Source: Penicillus capitatus (taxonomy: Eukaryota > Plantae > Chlorophyta). Taken from it: a stretch of 64,000 nt of DNA. How positions within the stretch are numbered: position 1 is the stretch's first letter; every line of letters begins with the position of its first letter. This document shows positions 35,106 through 49,700 of this stretch, in pieces. Position numbers and translations under genes: made by a program. Location of the stretch: positions 992,001-1,056,000 of the forward strand of contig OZ287700.1 in the NCBI GenBank assembly GCA_965649825.1, read 5' to 3'. Under the pieces are notes generated by a model. That model had not been told where the DNA came from. It ran no database searches and saw nothing but the letters and a program-made list of their open reading frames with translations.

Positions 35106-38100
35106 AGTAATCTGTCTTTTGACAATGTGCTGGTTTCTGTCGACTGTTTTTCCTTTTTCTGCTGTTTTTTGACTAGTCTGGAAAGTCATTGTCGATCTGA
35201 TTGTCTGCATAGTTCCACCATCTCTGGCATTCTTCGGGCTGAGGGCTTGTTTCTGGTGGCTTTTCTCTATGGAGTTTAGTTTGATCTGCAAGTTTCTATG
35301 TGGCGTGTGGCGGCTGGTGTTGGTGTCTTTGGTTTTGATGTTGTTCTTCATGTATTGCATCCTTGTTCTGGGAAGGATGGATGGATTTTGAAATGCAATC
35401 AACGATTGCGGCGACAGTGGTTGGCGAGACGCCTGGATTTGCCGGAAAGGCTGGTTGTTGTTTGGATTATTGATGGAGCAATGAATGCAATGGGTTCAGG
35501 ATCTGAGAGGAAGTGGCAGCCAGTCGTATTCGATCATGCCTGGAAGCGAGGCTTTTGTGATGTCCGGTTCTTGTGATGTGGCGGAAGATGTGCTGGATCG
35601 GACCCAGAGTAGGTAGAGGACACCGAGACGTACGGTACCATTGGTTTGGTGGCTGTCATACTGGATGGCTCGGAGCGGAGGATGAGGCGGAGCTGGATCT
35701 GTGATGTGGCGGACAACGTGCCGGACTGTTAGTTGGTAGAGGACAACGAGGTGTCCGGATTCGTGTGAGGTGGATTGAGTGTTGGATTGGTTTATTTTCC
35801 TGGTGCAGAGGATGAGGAGGTGTCTTTCTGGTCTGCGAGGAGGTGGATTGATTGATGGACTGGTTTTCTGGAACATGGGAAGATATGTCAGATTCGCTTA
35901 CAGAGCACACACTACGACGCAGAAGAATTGTTGCAGTACTCGTTGATGACATGAAAGCCAGCTTGACCGACACAATGAGCAACAACAAGGTACAGATAGA
36001 TGCATGCTCGTTTGCTCGTACCACATCTGCGTTTCAGAACAGACTACATGAAGAAGGCAGAGAATGTCTATCCGGTCACACCGGATTCTGTGGACAGGTG
36101 GACTGAGTGATGGCCTGGTCCTTGGAGCAGAGGATGAAGTGGCTGGTGATCTGCAAGAAGTGGATTGTGTGTTGGATATGCCCATGCCCCAGAGCAGAGG
36201 ATGAAATCCTCTGTTATCTCCGACCAGTTAGATGAGGCAAGAATGAGCTTGACAGTCGTCATGTGCATCAGTAAGGTACAGCCGTACTTCCAACGCTGTC
36301 TAATTCCTGCATTTCAAGGACAGACACTAAGAGGAGATCGAAGTATGTTCATCTATTCCGATGAGGTGATTTCATGGAATGTTCAGTAAAACAGCATCGC
36401 CATCTGACACGGTAAGGAGACACCCAGACGCAGTGAATACGTGACAGTGACAGCGATTTTTGTGCCAGAAGACTCGACTGCTGGCAGAGAGATCTGCTGA
36501 AGAAAAAGACACAGCTCTGATGCACCGGACAAAGGATCTAGCTCGACGATCCGTTCTGCAAGGCTTCTTGGCATCTTTCTTGATGTTCCCCGCCCATCAG
36601 CGAATGTGAATGGTATCCGGAGCACGCCTCTCACTCTGACATATCATGCTGAGAACGTTCTTTTCTGCTAGAAGACTATTGTCGAAGAGATGGAGACTTC
36701 GTGAAGTTAAGCTGCAGCACATACCGCAGTTTCCATCCTGCTGGACCCATTTGAACCAGTCCCGAACTTCAGTTTGGATTGTGGATTCAGTTTCTGCGTG
36801 TGAGCATGTCCTTGACCAAACGGCCCTTCGGCATGAGCATCAATAAGCAGCATCAACTCCCCCGAAAACAAAACTCGAATGGTAAGCTGCAGGCTCCTGA
36901 TCTCTTATAGAATCGATGTGGGAGGCATGGCATTCTAGATGAGTGATATTGAAGGAGGGATGAATCATCCACAGCATTCTGGCTGCATCTAGAAGGATCT
37001 CTGGTCGAAAGTCTTGTCAGAGTCGTGTCCTTTCCTGGAGATTTAGTCCATCTACTCGTACGATGGCGGATTTGCAAACAGGCTGTGATCACGACGGCAG
37101 AAGAGATGCATCGGAACAGAAATTCTGGATTCGACGACATCTCGGGATCATGACCACCCTAGACCTTGACAGACAAGAAACGACAGAAAACCTGACCACT
37201 GACACCGTATGGCAGCCTCCTCTTTGTTGGAGAGGGAGAGATCTAGAAGAGAATGAAGAGAATGAATGCATGACAGCAGTATCAGACACTGATGCATTCG
37301 TCAGTTGTTATTGGCTCTGAAGAAGACAGGATTGCAATGGAGGAAGATCGGAGTTTGCCCTTCTGTCTTCGGTCTACAGAATACCACCCTTGATGAGATG
37401 ACAAGGGATCAGGTCTCGTGCATTTCTCATGCCTCTGACATAGAAAGAAGCTCCTGTTGGATGCAGACCAACAGGGAGATCTAGAAGAAGTTTCTGAGCC
37501 TGAGGGGATGTCGAATGTTTTTGGAGCCATTCAATCGATGGCTAAACCATGAAACTCGTGCAGGGATCGGATGGACCTGTTTGCTTTGACGAAAAGTAAA
37601 CCCATACATACCAGGTATGCTTGCTCTCCCCTCTGCGCAAAATGAGTTTACATTTCACAGGATCAATGCTGCATTGAAGAAGGATGAGCATGGAGTGAAT
37701 GTTCATCCGCAAGACCGAGTCTGAGTCGAATAAACATCGACTATCTAAAGCATTTCACTTGCACGGAAGGTACATCCTGCCAAAGGAAGAAGAAAGCAGT
37801 TGGTAAAGGAGATTGCGTCCAGGCCTGACGAAAGAGGACATGTCAGGAGCGAGGAGTTAAAAGGCAACATTTTGATGAGCCTTCGAGACACACTCTTGCA
37901 GGCAGTTAGTTCACCGAGTCGAAGACTGACTTCTGGGGCCAAGTCCCACTGATAACGGCATCAGTAAATTGAGAGAGCATTTCCGGACTGCTGCATCGCG
38001 TTCTGCCAGAGCTCCACTGTTAGAACGGTGCGAAGGCCGGGCTCCTGGAAGATGGATAAGCCGGATTTTGTAGGTCAGCTTGGAAGCAGTTCATCCGAAT

Positions 38101-39782
38101 CGTCAAGCGACTGACACTTGTGGATTCTCTTCTGGGATCCGACTCGGGCAACAGGAAGATTGTAAGAGTGAGAGTCACTCTTCCAGAAAGGAGTAGAAGC
38201 GACAATGATCTCTTCGGTAGGCCATAACGCACAAAAGGAATTAAACTGACGTCATGGGGGACTCAGTGTCTTGACAGGCGGAAGAGGAACGGAGCACTTG
38301 GAAAGCACTCATCAAACAAAGAGATCTGGTCCATAAACCTGGATGGACGCATTATCAGACGACGACGGTACATCTACAGGCAGCCAGTGGTTTTGCAGAA
38401 GACAAAGTGCAACATAGAGTGATGAGGGGTCCACCTTCTGTCGCGGCTACTGAACCGCCCTGGATCGGATTCAAAGACATCGGAGACTCTGCGTTTTGGC
38501 AACTGCAATTCAGAGACACGAATAACAAGCCGGGTGGCAGGACTTCCAGGAACATGAAATCCCCGATGCTGGAATGGATATCAAATCTCTTCGGCAGTCG
38601 ATCCCTCTGAGTGACTACAGTTTAGCCGGGATCTGGAGACCTCTTCGGCTTCGACAAACAGCGGGCATGCACGCATCTCAGGTGTGTCTACAGTCCCCTT
38701 GGCACTGAGTGAGGATGCACCTGACAGAATCGGAACGGTGCTGGAAAGGACGAGCATGGCATGACACTCCTTGACGCCAGACTAGACTTTGATGAAACTG
38801 TGCTGTCTCTCTCCATCTCTTTCTCGGAAGAAGGACAGTCTACTCGTATTAACAAATGAATCAGTCGACAGAAAACGATGCTGAATCCAGTCTGACAGAG
38901 GACGACACGTGGATGGAGATGGAAGACGATTTCCAGACGCGACAGTAAGGCACACTCCTGCAGACGAGCCGCCGAATCAAAGCCCTGATGTTACAGGTCC
39001 GTCTCGACTGGCAGCTGCAGCACAGTCGTGGATCGTGATTTCTGAAAATGCTCCATCCACTTCTTCCGGAGCTTTGCATTATGTGTTTGCATCGTGTGCT
39101 TTTCGAATATGGACTGGACGAATCCTCAAGCTGCAGATCGGAAGCAACCCCTCCATCCGAATGCTCGGCGGACATTCCAGATGTGCCTATAACGCACAAA
39201 TCTGGCTTCGAGAGGTCGAGCAGAGTGACAGACACTCTTCCACGGAGCAATAAAAGGACCGATGCACTCATCGCCCACGGCAAAGAAGAAAAGACAGAAC
39301 AGAATGGTCAAGTGTCCGCCGCATCACCGACCCTCATCAGGTAGAGAACTCTGCAAACTCGTCCATGCTCAAGGTCGTGTGATCAGGATAGATAATAAAG
39401 TTGGAAAGCGTCGGGTCCAGAAAGACAGGAGTCTCCAGGAGCCTTTGTTCTAAAGAGGCTCTTCTTCAATTCTCTGAGGACGGGAGTCGACTGGCTTGGG
39501 GACAGACACCTCAGAAGCCGATAACCCTTCAGCCATTGAACATTGTGGAGAACGCATTCATCAGCTGCCGAAGACAGAGGGAAAGGCGTTCTTGGAGAAT
39601 TTCGCGTCCTTCTCGTGCTTCGAGACCAGCTCAATCTAAGATCACAGTTTCATTGCAATCAATGATCCACTCCACCCACACCCCCGGCAGCGGCAGCCGC
39701 TATCATTGGGAGGATGGCTGGGCGACAGGGAGAGCAGAGATCGTGACATTGGGCGGCCGCGTGATTCGGTCGATGACCTGAG

Positions 39783-40379
39783 GTAAGAGTCCTTTGGATC
39801 GGCATCCAGGGTCGTCTCTTCTGTTCCCTTTTCTCTCTCCTCTCCCCTGGATGCCTGTCTTCTTCGATCTGGGTAACGGAATCGGTGCTTACTTTGCTTG
39901 TGATTCTTTCTGCTTCCTTTGCTTCCAGTTCTTGTACGATCCTGTTTTCGAGCTCGTATTATGGATAAGACTCATCCTTCCCAATTTGCCTGTTTAATGT
40001 TTTCGAGTTTTCGCTCGTTGTATAACTGATTTTCTGCTTTTTCCTGCCTCGCCTTTTCAAGTGCCTGAGGTAGTCCTTCACCATCTTCGTTTTGCATGTT
40101 CTACTTTGTGTGATTCTTTATTCCTTCTGTGCTGGCCACCGATTCTGTTGCCCCCTGACTGCATGTTTTTTCTCTGTTCTGTACGCCTTTTTCTTTCTCT
40201 TCGTACTGTATAACCTGACATTTACTGTGAAACGTTCACGTGTCTGTTCTCATGTCTTTCTTATCCATGTTTCCTCTCTCTCTCTGTATGGTGTGCCTTC
40301 ATGTGTCTGTACTTGGTCCCTTTTTGGACCTCCTGCCTGCATGTCCGCGCAGCGCGTCGGATCCAGAGGACGGTTCCAG
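39783..40379 (+). other. Structured intron-like element, unit 1, copy B
   Basis: GT at 39783. Arms at 39789-39800 and 40360-40371 are unchanged from copy A, and AG ends at 40379. The interior has diverged, with indels. Confidence 0.6.
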
Positions 40380-40735
40380 GGATGATTCGCCGATCGCACT
40401 GGGAATTCTTACTCTTCCCAGGGCCGCATTTCGGGAGAGGTCACTGGTGCTCTGCCAGGTTTCAATGTGCGGCGCCGCTAGCCAGAGGTATGCTCCGATA
40501 TCACAAATGTCACACACACCTCACTTTTCCTTTGCAGATGGGGGTCTGATGATGAATCCAGACGAGAGGCCTACAGAAACGATCTCCTGCAACGTTCACC
40601 ATAGAGGTAACCGAATCCAGATGTTTTTGTCTGCATTCGGCTGCAGCGATGTCCTTAGGAGGATTGCCAGGCACGCAATAACTGGATAGCAGATGATCTG
40701 CTTGGACGTCCACAGTGGAGTGGCAAAGACTCGGA

Positions 40736-41269
40736 GTGCGGCTGTGTTCCGGCGATGGCTTTCGGATCGGCATCCAGGCCGTTTTTTTATGTTTCTCTTT
40801 TTCTCTCTTTCCCCTGGATGCCAGTCTTCCTCGTTATGTCACGGAGCCTCTCTTTTGTTCTTGATGTGTCTCCATCTCATTGTTTGCTGTTTCTTCTTTG
40901 TGATCGTTTCCCGAGTGTGCATCATTATAATTTCCTGTGAACGACTGTCTGAGTTTATTGCACTCGTGTCCCGTGTGTATTTGTTACTGTGTCTTTTTCT
41001 GCGTCTGCTGTCCCTTGTCTGAATGTCTCTCATTCTATTCTATTCTCTGTTTTCTGTCTGAACCTGTGCTGTTTCCTATTGAATTTGTGAGAGATCTTTT
41101 ATTTTTTTTCTGTCTGTGTCTCTCTGTTTTACGTCTTCTGTGTTTCTGCTTCTTGTTAGTTTCCTCGTTTTGCATTCTGTTTTTCAGTTACTGGTCCCTT
41201 TTTGGACCATCCCCAACTGCATGTCCGCGCAGCGCGTCGGGTCCGAAAGCCGCGCTGGACACAATTTAG
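40736..41269 (+). other. Structured intron-like element, unit 2, copy B
   Basis: GT at 40736. Arms at 40757-40768 and 41240-41251. Two A>G changes in the right arm become G.U pairs. AG ends at 41269. Confidence 0.55.
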
Positions 41270-42399
41270 CCCACTCACCCTCTCAAAACTCTCCCACACT
41301 CCCTGTGCGGATGTCACGTTGACGTGCCACTGGCACAGGCCTCCTTTGTTGCAGCGAGCTCTTCACTATCCATCGAGTAAGTTTACTTCCTCTCAATCGA
41401 TGGTTCTCAATTCTCGTATGCAGGAGAGACTACTAAAGGCACCAGTGGAGATGCGCTGGACGACGATTTGGAGTTCTTTACATCAGCGATTCCGTGGCCT
41501 GTTTTTTGCTTTTCGATTTTCCTGAGGACTTTGTGGACACTGTGCGCTGTACCATCTATTTCTGTGAATTTTAGTAGAGATACAGCATGGGCTTTGATCT
41601 AAAGAGAACCTTAATAAGTCTGCGCCCTCCCAGGGTCTATTTACGCTGAGGATTTTGTCCGCGCCAATTTGGTCGCTCTGTGTGGTTTCTACTTTGTTGT
41701 GATGATTGTGTACTAGACGCGCTGTGGAAGAGCAGTGAATAGAATGGTGACTTCGACTGTGGCGAACGCCAATGAGGATCACTGTGAAGACATTGCGAAC
41801 TCCTGTATGCTGTGTTCATGGCACCTGCACATATCTCTGTCCCGGGAACAATTTTTCTTGTCGAAGAATGAGGATGGAGCTTTCTACGCATGAATGTTGA
41901 GAGATCCACCGTTTAACTTACCACTTACTGCTCGTTGCAAATGCGAATACCAAAGCTGTTTTCGAGGCTACAGTAGACGATGGAGTATCGAGATGATAGA
42001 ATCGCTATGGGAGAAATAACCACATTTTACATGACAAACGCAGAAGGGACAACCTACCGTCTGTGACCACGAAAAGGAAAAACGAGGAAACGGACATTCG
42101 AATTGGTTTCTAGGTGTGCCGAGGTATGATGCGACCAGCTGTCGCCGTAGCAGGTCAAGATGCTTGCTTGCAAATGCTCACTATACTCTCGCCAGTGATG
42201 GCAATCTCGACAATCGTCTTGTTCATCTCCATCTTTTCCGAAACACGGCTTGACATTAGCATACTAGGACTGCTGTGCATTGACAGAATGCTGAAGCATG
42301 TATACCCACTCTGCCAGCTCTCAGTCTACTACAACCAATTTTAATCACTCATGTTATGTCTGACGTCTCTTAGTCGTACCCTCAATCGGTAACACCTCT

Positions 42400-43859
42400 T
42401 CAGACTTTTGCGTTTTGTAAGGTCGGACGTATTAGATTCTTTGAAGGCGCTTTCCCTGACCCACGGTGACCTGAACGGAGGGCCAGTGGAGTCGACGTGC
42501 CAAAGATCGCGTCAGTTGCCCCAGTCGGAGTTCTTCTCATCCCGACATTTCTTCCTACTTTCGCCATCAGCGTACGCGCCGTGTATTTCTTCGACAGCGT
42601 AGGCAACGTCCGCTTTGGCAGAGTCCGACTGGCCGTCAAGCGTTGGATGCTGTCGCGTTCATCCAGAGCACTCTTAACATCCCTCGTTCCATCGATTATT
42701 CTGGAAGGTGCATAGCTTGTGTCGGATGCCAGTTCTTTGCCTTTGGAGGCGAGATCTGCCTCCGGCTTCATCTTCTTTTTGTGTGTGAGGGGTCTGGTCT
42801 TGACTTCATCGCACTCCGATCCTGATTTCTTGATCTGCTTTCACAGCAGACAATAAAAGAAGCGGTCAATGGGAATGCGATGACCACCTGTTGTTGCAGA
42901 TCCTCCTGCTCCGTGCGCATGCCATCGTCCTGCGGTTCGAGTTCCTGCTTCTGCCAAGCCAGGAACTCCGCGTCTGCAACGGTGACCTGCATCCGAAGGA
43001 CTGCGTCTGCGACCTCCTTCTCCTACGCAAATTCCACTGTCACTCGGAGCCCATTTGGTAAGGCCGCGTACCGTCACTGCGAGTTCGGCCTTTCTCTTGG
43101 CCAGTTGCGCGTTGACGCCTACTAGCTCAGTCCTTGCCTCGGCGATCTGCTCGCGCAGGTCAGTGAGAACGTCCTTCGTTGCATCAAGGACATGTGCGGC
43201 TGCGAGCTCTCCGTACTTCACGATTCCCACACCGTCGATCACCTCCGCCAACGGACACGCTCAGTCAAGAACGCTTTGGCGGCGGACCTACCCCTTCTGT
43301 CAAGTTGTTTCCCAGGTAACTTGTTTTTCCTGCTACGCCATCCAGGGCCTGCGACCACACGGATCTGTGTGGAAAACCGGATGGCAGACGGTTGCTTTAG
43401 AAATCCAGATCGACATTGTGCGCAAGAAGTTGCAGAGTGACATCGCTTGCACAACTTCGTTCAGCCTGTCCATGATCTATCTCTTCGCGAAGAAGCGAGC
43501 GCAATAGCACAAGAACAAACCTCGAATGACGCATTCGAATGCGCTCGTCGGAATCTATCCTTACTCTCGATGTGACATTCTATGAAGACGTGAGTGACGT
43601 TTCTGGTGGTAGTACGCAAGTTCCGGCGCCGACAAGCCAGTGATGGTTCCCCTTCTTGATTTGTCGAGAGATCGAAACAATCGCCCCCGTTTGAATCGAA
43701 AGCAGATCGCAGACGAGTATTGCCATCATCGTCTCGACTGTCGTGTCTACAGGTATGTTTTCTCCTGACGACGTTTCGCATCGCTGAGGAAGTTACCGAA
43801 AAAATAGTAACACACCGCTGTCCACCGATCTTCCCTCCCTTCAACAACGCGCCGATCAA
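42400..43859 (-). CDS. Coiled-coil hypothetical protein, copy B
   Basis: ORFs 42400-42771, 42768-42992, 42841-43251 and 43461-43859 are paralogous to 7115-8541. Confidence 0.5.
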
Positions 43860-44700
43860 TTGTTTACACGTCAGCAGAAGTTAGATTTCATCTTGCTCGA
43901 TCGCGAGGAGCTACGCTGTGCAAGGTAAGCAGAGGTTTGTCGACCACGATGGCAGATCGATCTGCTCGATCAGATGTCTGTAGACCATTTCAGGTTTCGG
44001 TGCACTCACTATTTACTGCTGACAAAGGTATGAAATGCTCTGCGATCTATCTCTCAGATCATCGATCTTGAGATACCATATGTGTTCTGCTCCATATCTC
44101 CATGTCTATGACTTTCGCAGTCGGTTCTATTGAATGCCTTTCTCTCTAAGCTACGGCAGCTGATCGAGATTTCTAGGAAATGTGTGTCACGTCCACCACG
44201 ACACCGAGGTAAGTGATGAAGGCAGCCACGTTTGCAACACCATCGTCGATGAGCAGCAAGACGAATGCAGTCATAAATAGCATTCAGTCAGTGCGTATCT
44301 GTCAGAGGCCCTGCCTCGAGACAACCGCTGTCAGTGAACTTTCCATCCGTCAAAACTCGCCAAGGGAGTGGTCCATTTCTTCCAGCACATTTCTTCGTGC
44401 TCAGTCAGTAGAGCGATGCGCCCAACAGCGGTGAAGGTGCAGTTCTGAGGCCCGTCTGTGCATCGTTGCTTGTCATCCGTCCTTCAGGCAATATATGGTG
44501 GACAAGCGTCCACGTGACAACATGTGGATCTCACGTCTTTTCACCACTTGACACCTCAAAGAATCCCTACGTCGATCGCTATTCGAACGCATTCTTCCGT
44601 GTCCTTGGCGACCGAGTAAACGACCCGACGCACGGCGCTGCAGCACTGCAACCTGTCCGCGCGTCTAGTCGACGAAAGGTCTTGCCGCGTCGAGACTACC

Positions 44701-46283
44701 ATGTTTTACTCGAATCTGCAGCTGGACCGAGCAAGTCATCTCAGGTATTCGAATCGCAGAGACACGCAATGTCTCACACGGGGATGCGTTTTAGGAAGGA
44801 ACCGAAAGCCTTGGCTCAACTTGCGGCTGCATCGGATGCAAAACTCATTCCGTGGAAAGATGCTCAGTGCCTCTTCGTCAAAGAATCGGAGCGTTATACA
44901 CCCGTATTCCTCACTCCTTTCTCACGCTACGAGCAATATCTCGACGCTGCGGTCGGACATCTCTTCGTGGGACTCGAACCCGATTCTGAGACGCCCATCT
45001 TCGCGGGTACATCTACAGAAAACGTCCGTCAACTGACCAGCAGATCTATGTGGTAGGTTGCGTTGCGGATGGCGATGCGCTCGCCTCGCAGATTGAGAAG
45101 AGTGAGTGGCTTTCCTTAGTGTCCGTTGGTTACAAAATCGACAGACACTATGCAGCACTGCTGGCCACTGTGAATGGAATGATGGAGTGGCACGTGCGCC
45201 ATCTCTTCTGTGGCATCACAGGAAATGAAACCCTTTCGATTTCTGGTGGCTACGCGCGCCAGTCTCACACAACAGAGGACGTGGTGTTCCCTCGCATCGA
45301 TCCAACCGTCATCTGTCTGGTGACGCAAGGAGAACACTGCCTGCTTACCAGAAAACAGTCATCGAAGAATTCAAAGAGGTGGGTCACACTTCGGGTCCTG
45401 CCGCGATCTGTTGGACAAATGGATCTGTAGGTACTCTATGTTTACCGGATATTTGGAAGTGGGCGAGACCTTGGAACAAGCTGCCGTTCGTGAAGTCTTT
45501 GAAGAATCCGGCATTAAGGTTCGTCTCCCTGGCTCTCGTCTGCGAGTACATTTTGCTATGGTGTAGATCGATGCGGAATCTTTGGAGTACATGGGCAGTC
45601 AGCCATGGCCCTTTCCCCAGTCTCTGACGGTCGGATTCATCGCCTCCCTGTCGAAACAGGCAAAGGCATCAGCGACCTTACAGCAAGAAGCCAAAGCGGC
45701 GGCATCGGAGTCGGGAATTACAAAAGATGAACTGGATCATTACCTGGGTGCTACACTGCATAAGCTTGTTCCGGAGCCAGAAGAGACGGCAGACGTCCGT
45801 TGGTTTCATCATCGTAGCATGAAGAAATCAGCTCTTTTGGACCCAGAAACCGGATTCCAGATGCCGGACAGCAACACCATCGCTAGTCAGATCATCACGA
45901 AATGGATGGCCAGGATCGAGTCGAAACAGGGCGGGTGGCCTGGAGACAACTTCCAAGATGTCCAGATCGACAAAGGGCGATTCAAGTATATGCTTGTTCG
46001 ACTGAAAAAGGGCGATCGGTCGAAGATCATCGTCCGAGGAAAGAAGAAATTTTCCCGTCACCAGGAAATCTTAGAGGAGCTTAAAGTTGAAACAGACGCT
46101 GCTGGATTAGAGGCCACTCCTCTCGGAGGTGGACGCATGGAGCACGATGTCGCAGCGGAAGACATTTCTATTTACGGACACTCCGCTACCTTCGGTACGG
46201 CTGTCCATCACGTTACAGCCGTTCTCTGTCGGCGTAGCTTTCCTCACTACAAGAGAATCCACGTCTCGTACAAGATTATTTAG
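44701..46283 (+). CDS. NudC-Janus fusion, copy B, lacking a functional N-terminal leader
   Basis: [15 protein letters not shown]|KEPK... with intact exons, the Nudix box [32 protein letters not shown], and a Janus domain (GRFKYML, RHQEIL, LGGGRMEHD, GHSATFG). The upstream leader frame has TGA at 44549-44551 and a 1-nt deletion near 44618. Confidence 0.85.
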
Positions 46284-46775
46284 AAAACTGATTTCGTAAG
46301 AAGCTTTTTGGTGTGAACGTGTGTCGTCGAAAGTTCGCGCAGAGCCGTTTGTCTTCTTAGAAAAACCAGAGCGTCTATGTACATAGGATGATCGAATCGC
46401 TCGATCGATCGATCATCGACCGCAGTTTTCGTATACAGAGAGAGACGAGCGGTTTTGATCTGATGGATATCGATCGCCGATCGATCATCGATCTATTCGT
46501 TTCCTCATCCTATAGAAACAACCAGTTCGACAAACTCTGCAAACGTTACTCGAAATCTCAACCGAGTCCCATCGGTGACGTTCGCATAGACACAGCCAAC
46601 GAAAAGCTCTTTCCTTCACAGCAAGATGACCATATATCGTAATGTACGACGGCGAAACACCAAGCTAGTTCTTCGATGATCTGAGACGGTATTGTTAACA
46701 TCCATTCCCTGCAATTGTGCCTCAGCCCGATACGATCCGTCGAGAGAGGATCGATACAAGTCTTTTTCCTGCAAA

Positions 46776-49700
46776 CTAAGATTTCAGCCCGTCTCTGCCG
46801 TCATCTCTTTTACGTGCTCGAGTCAGCACGAATTCTCTGATGTGTTCCACCACACTGGAGATATAAGAAAGTGGACCGACGAGGATTTCTGAGCCCCTTA
46901 TGGCCTCGACAGATTTGAAGGAAAAACGAACTCCAGAGAATCGTAAACGTCTGGGCGATCGTGGACTTCTGCCAGATGCGCTGTCGAGATCTCGTCTTTC
47001 TGACGCCGTCTGTTGTCGTTTGTCGATGTCCTCCTCATCCAACAACTGATCGGTGTCCGTCCTGCCTGTTGGCAGATCCATATCTGGCACAATACTGTCG
47101 CCATCAGAGGATGACTCTTCGTCTGAGATCTGGACAACACATTGTGGTGTAACGTATTGTCTCTTCTTCCTTCGGCGGTATACGTAGAAAACGACAGAGA
47201 CTGCTGCCAGTAGGACTATGGAAAGGCAGACACCCCAGCCCACGTAAAACCAGGGAGACCGATGCAGGAAGCCTGACGGGTTTTCTTTGTTGGAAAGATC
47301 ATGGCGACCATCGCTCGTTGTTGTCATCCGTTGCGACCACCAGGATGAGGAATTGGCTCCCATTTCGGAGACGAGTGAAGTGTGTCGAAAATGTCGTCGT
47401 TTCTCATGGTGAGCCCTAGTGGATGCATCGGAGATTCTCTGAGAGGTGGATCCAGTTGGCGAGCTGCTCACAATCTCTGTTACAGGAGAATGCGACGTCG
47501 CATCTGACTCCTCGACTGTGGTGGCCACGACATCGGTCGTCTCTTCTGCATGGGTTTGTACAGATGAAGGCACTGGATCCTCGTAAGAAGGTTCTTCCGT
47601 GCGATCTGACCGAGTGTCCTCTGGCACTTCACCAGACAAAGGAGCTATACTGCTCATGCTTGCATCACTTGGTGGCGATGCGCCGTCGAACAACGCCTCT
47701 TCGATTTCAGTTCCGGACTCTGTTGCTCTATGTATTGACGGCTCCGGGGCGAAATCGACTTCTGTGTCTGCGACGTCGTCTACAGCATCCTCTGGTGGAG
47801 GGGACGTCACAGGTTCGGTTGAAATCTCATCATCGGACGTTCGAGAAACGGCCTTTAGAGTTGCAGACGCGCTTTCGTCCATCATTTCTTCGTCGTCTTC
47901 GAAGGAAACGACTGAGGCAACGATCACACGATCTCCCGATTCGTCCGCTAGAGCAGCTGTTACCGCCGGTGGAGATATTTCCGATGGCTGTGCATCGATG
48001 AAGTCTTCTTCGACGCCGCTGTGTAGAACAACGTCCGAGAAATCGATATCCTCGCTTGGCGATTCCTCGATCGAAGGCCCTTCACCGTCCAACTCCGATT
48101 CGAGAGGGCTTCCTCGGACATCCAATTGAGTGTACGAGGGCTGAGCCGAAACTGAGAAATCGCTGTCCTCCTTTCCCGGGACGTATTCGTCGCTGACACT
48201 CGAACCGGAGGCGATGTCGATCTGCTCCAGAGGATAACGCCAATCGTCGTCTTGTGGTTCTGTCGCGACAGGGAATTCAATGTCATCGCTCAGTCGTAGC
48301 GTCTCTTCAGAAATTTCTTCCTGGCTCGACGAAAGAGCATACGCATCATCAGCCATCGGAAAACTATCATCTTCGGTGCTAGGAAGAGCGTCGATCGGCT
48401 CTGCATCTCTCGGTATGTTGTCGACCTCTATCAAATCGGATGGGACTGGAGTAGGAGGATCAGCCACAGCGATAAGGCTGGTCTCTTTTTCCGTCACTGC
48501 CTTCGTTTCGCCGCCTCGCTGACCCGAAACACCAACATCGTCTGCTCACCACATCAACTCAATGCGTTCGACGATAGGCTACAAGGACTCCTCTCACCGA
48601 CATCGGTAGATTCTATTCCGCCGTCATCTTCGGCGATGGATCCGCGACTGGTGTCGAAACGCTCGTCGAAGATGCGCAGCTTTGGAGAGAAGGGCGAATC
48701 CAGAACGGCGATCAGCTTCATGTCGGTGGCAGCGCCGGACAGCACAAACATCGAGAAACGCGAGGCGGTGCCATCATAGCTTCTCTCGACGATCTCATAC
48801 GTTTGAGCAGTCAGCAGCTTTCTTCCGACATCGAATTGCTGTGACTGTTCTTCATAAGTTAGCTTGATTTGCAACACCGTCGTGTTGGCATTCAAAACGT
48901 CCGAGAGCTGCACAGCGTCGATTTCCTCTTCGGATCGCACGTAGACGCTAAACTGGTAACAGTGATTCTTCTGCAATGCATGACCGGCATCGAATGTTCC
49001 TCTGACGTCGGTGATGATCGTGACGCCACTGAAGATTCGCCACGAATCGAGGACGGTGACTGTGGCGTCTGCATGTGGATGACAATTGCTGTCGCGTCTT
49101 AGGATGGACGCTACACGCATCATCGCTGCGTCGCGAACGGCAGGCGTTGCCGTGCGCTGATCGACGTCGGATGAAGAAGACACGTGTGATCTGTTCTCGA
49201 AGCGAACGAGGCGTTCCTGACGTTCCTGAACACGATGTTGATAGTGCTACGGATTCATTGACATGTGCCAATCCTACTTCGACAAACGCACTCGTCATTG
49301 ATCCTGGACGTTTCTCTTCTCCTGCCGGGATGAACGTGGAGATTTTTGACGTCGCTAAACGATCTCCCGTCGTTTCCTCTTGTTGACGCGCATCGACGTC
49401 GTGATAAGAATCTGCCGATCGTCTTCGAGTATCGACATCATGATAAGGATCATCCGATCGCTTTCGAGCATCGATCGTCGCCGCCGCCGATGCGTTTGTC
49501 GCCACATCAATGGCTTTGGACGATTGAGGGAGAATGAAGTTGGATCCTGTGATGTGGTCGTGCGTTCCCAAAGACAGAACGATCAGGATGACCAGTAAAA
49601 GAATCGTCCAGCAGGCGAACCAGACGATCCATCGCCAGTGCTTCTACAAACAACCGATTGTTCGCAAATCGTAAGATGCGAACAAAAGAGTAAACGCACG

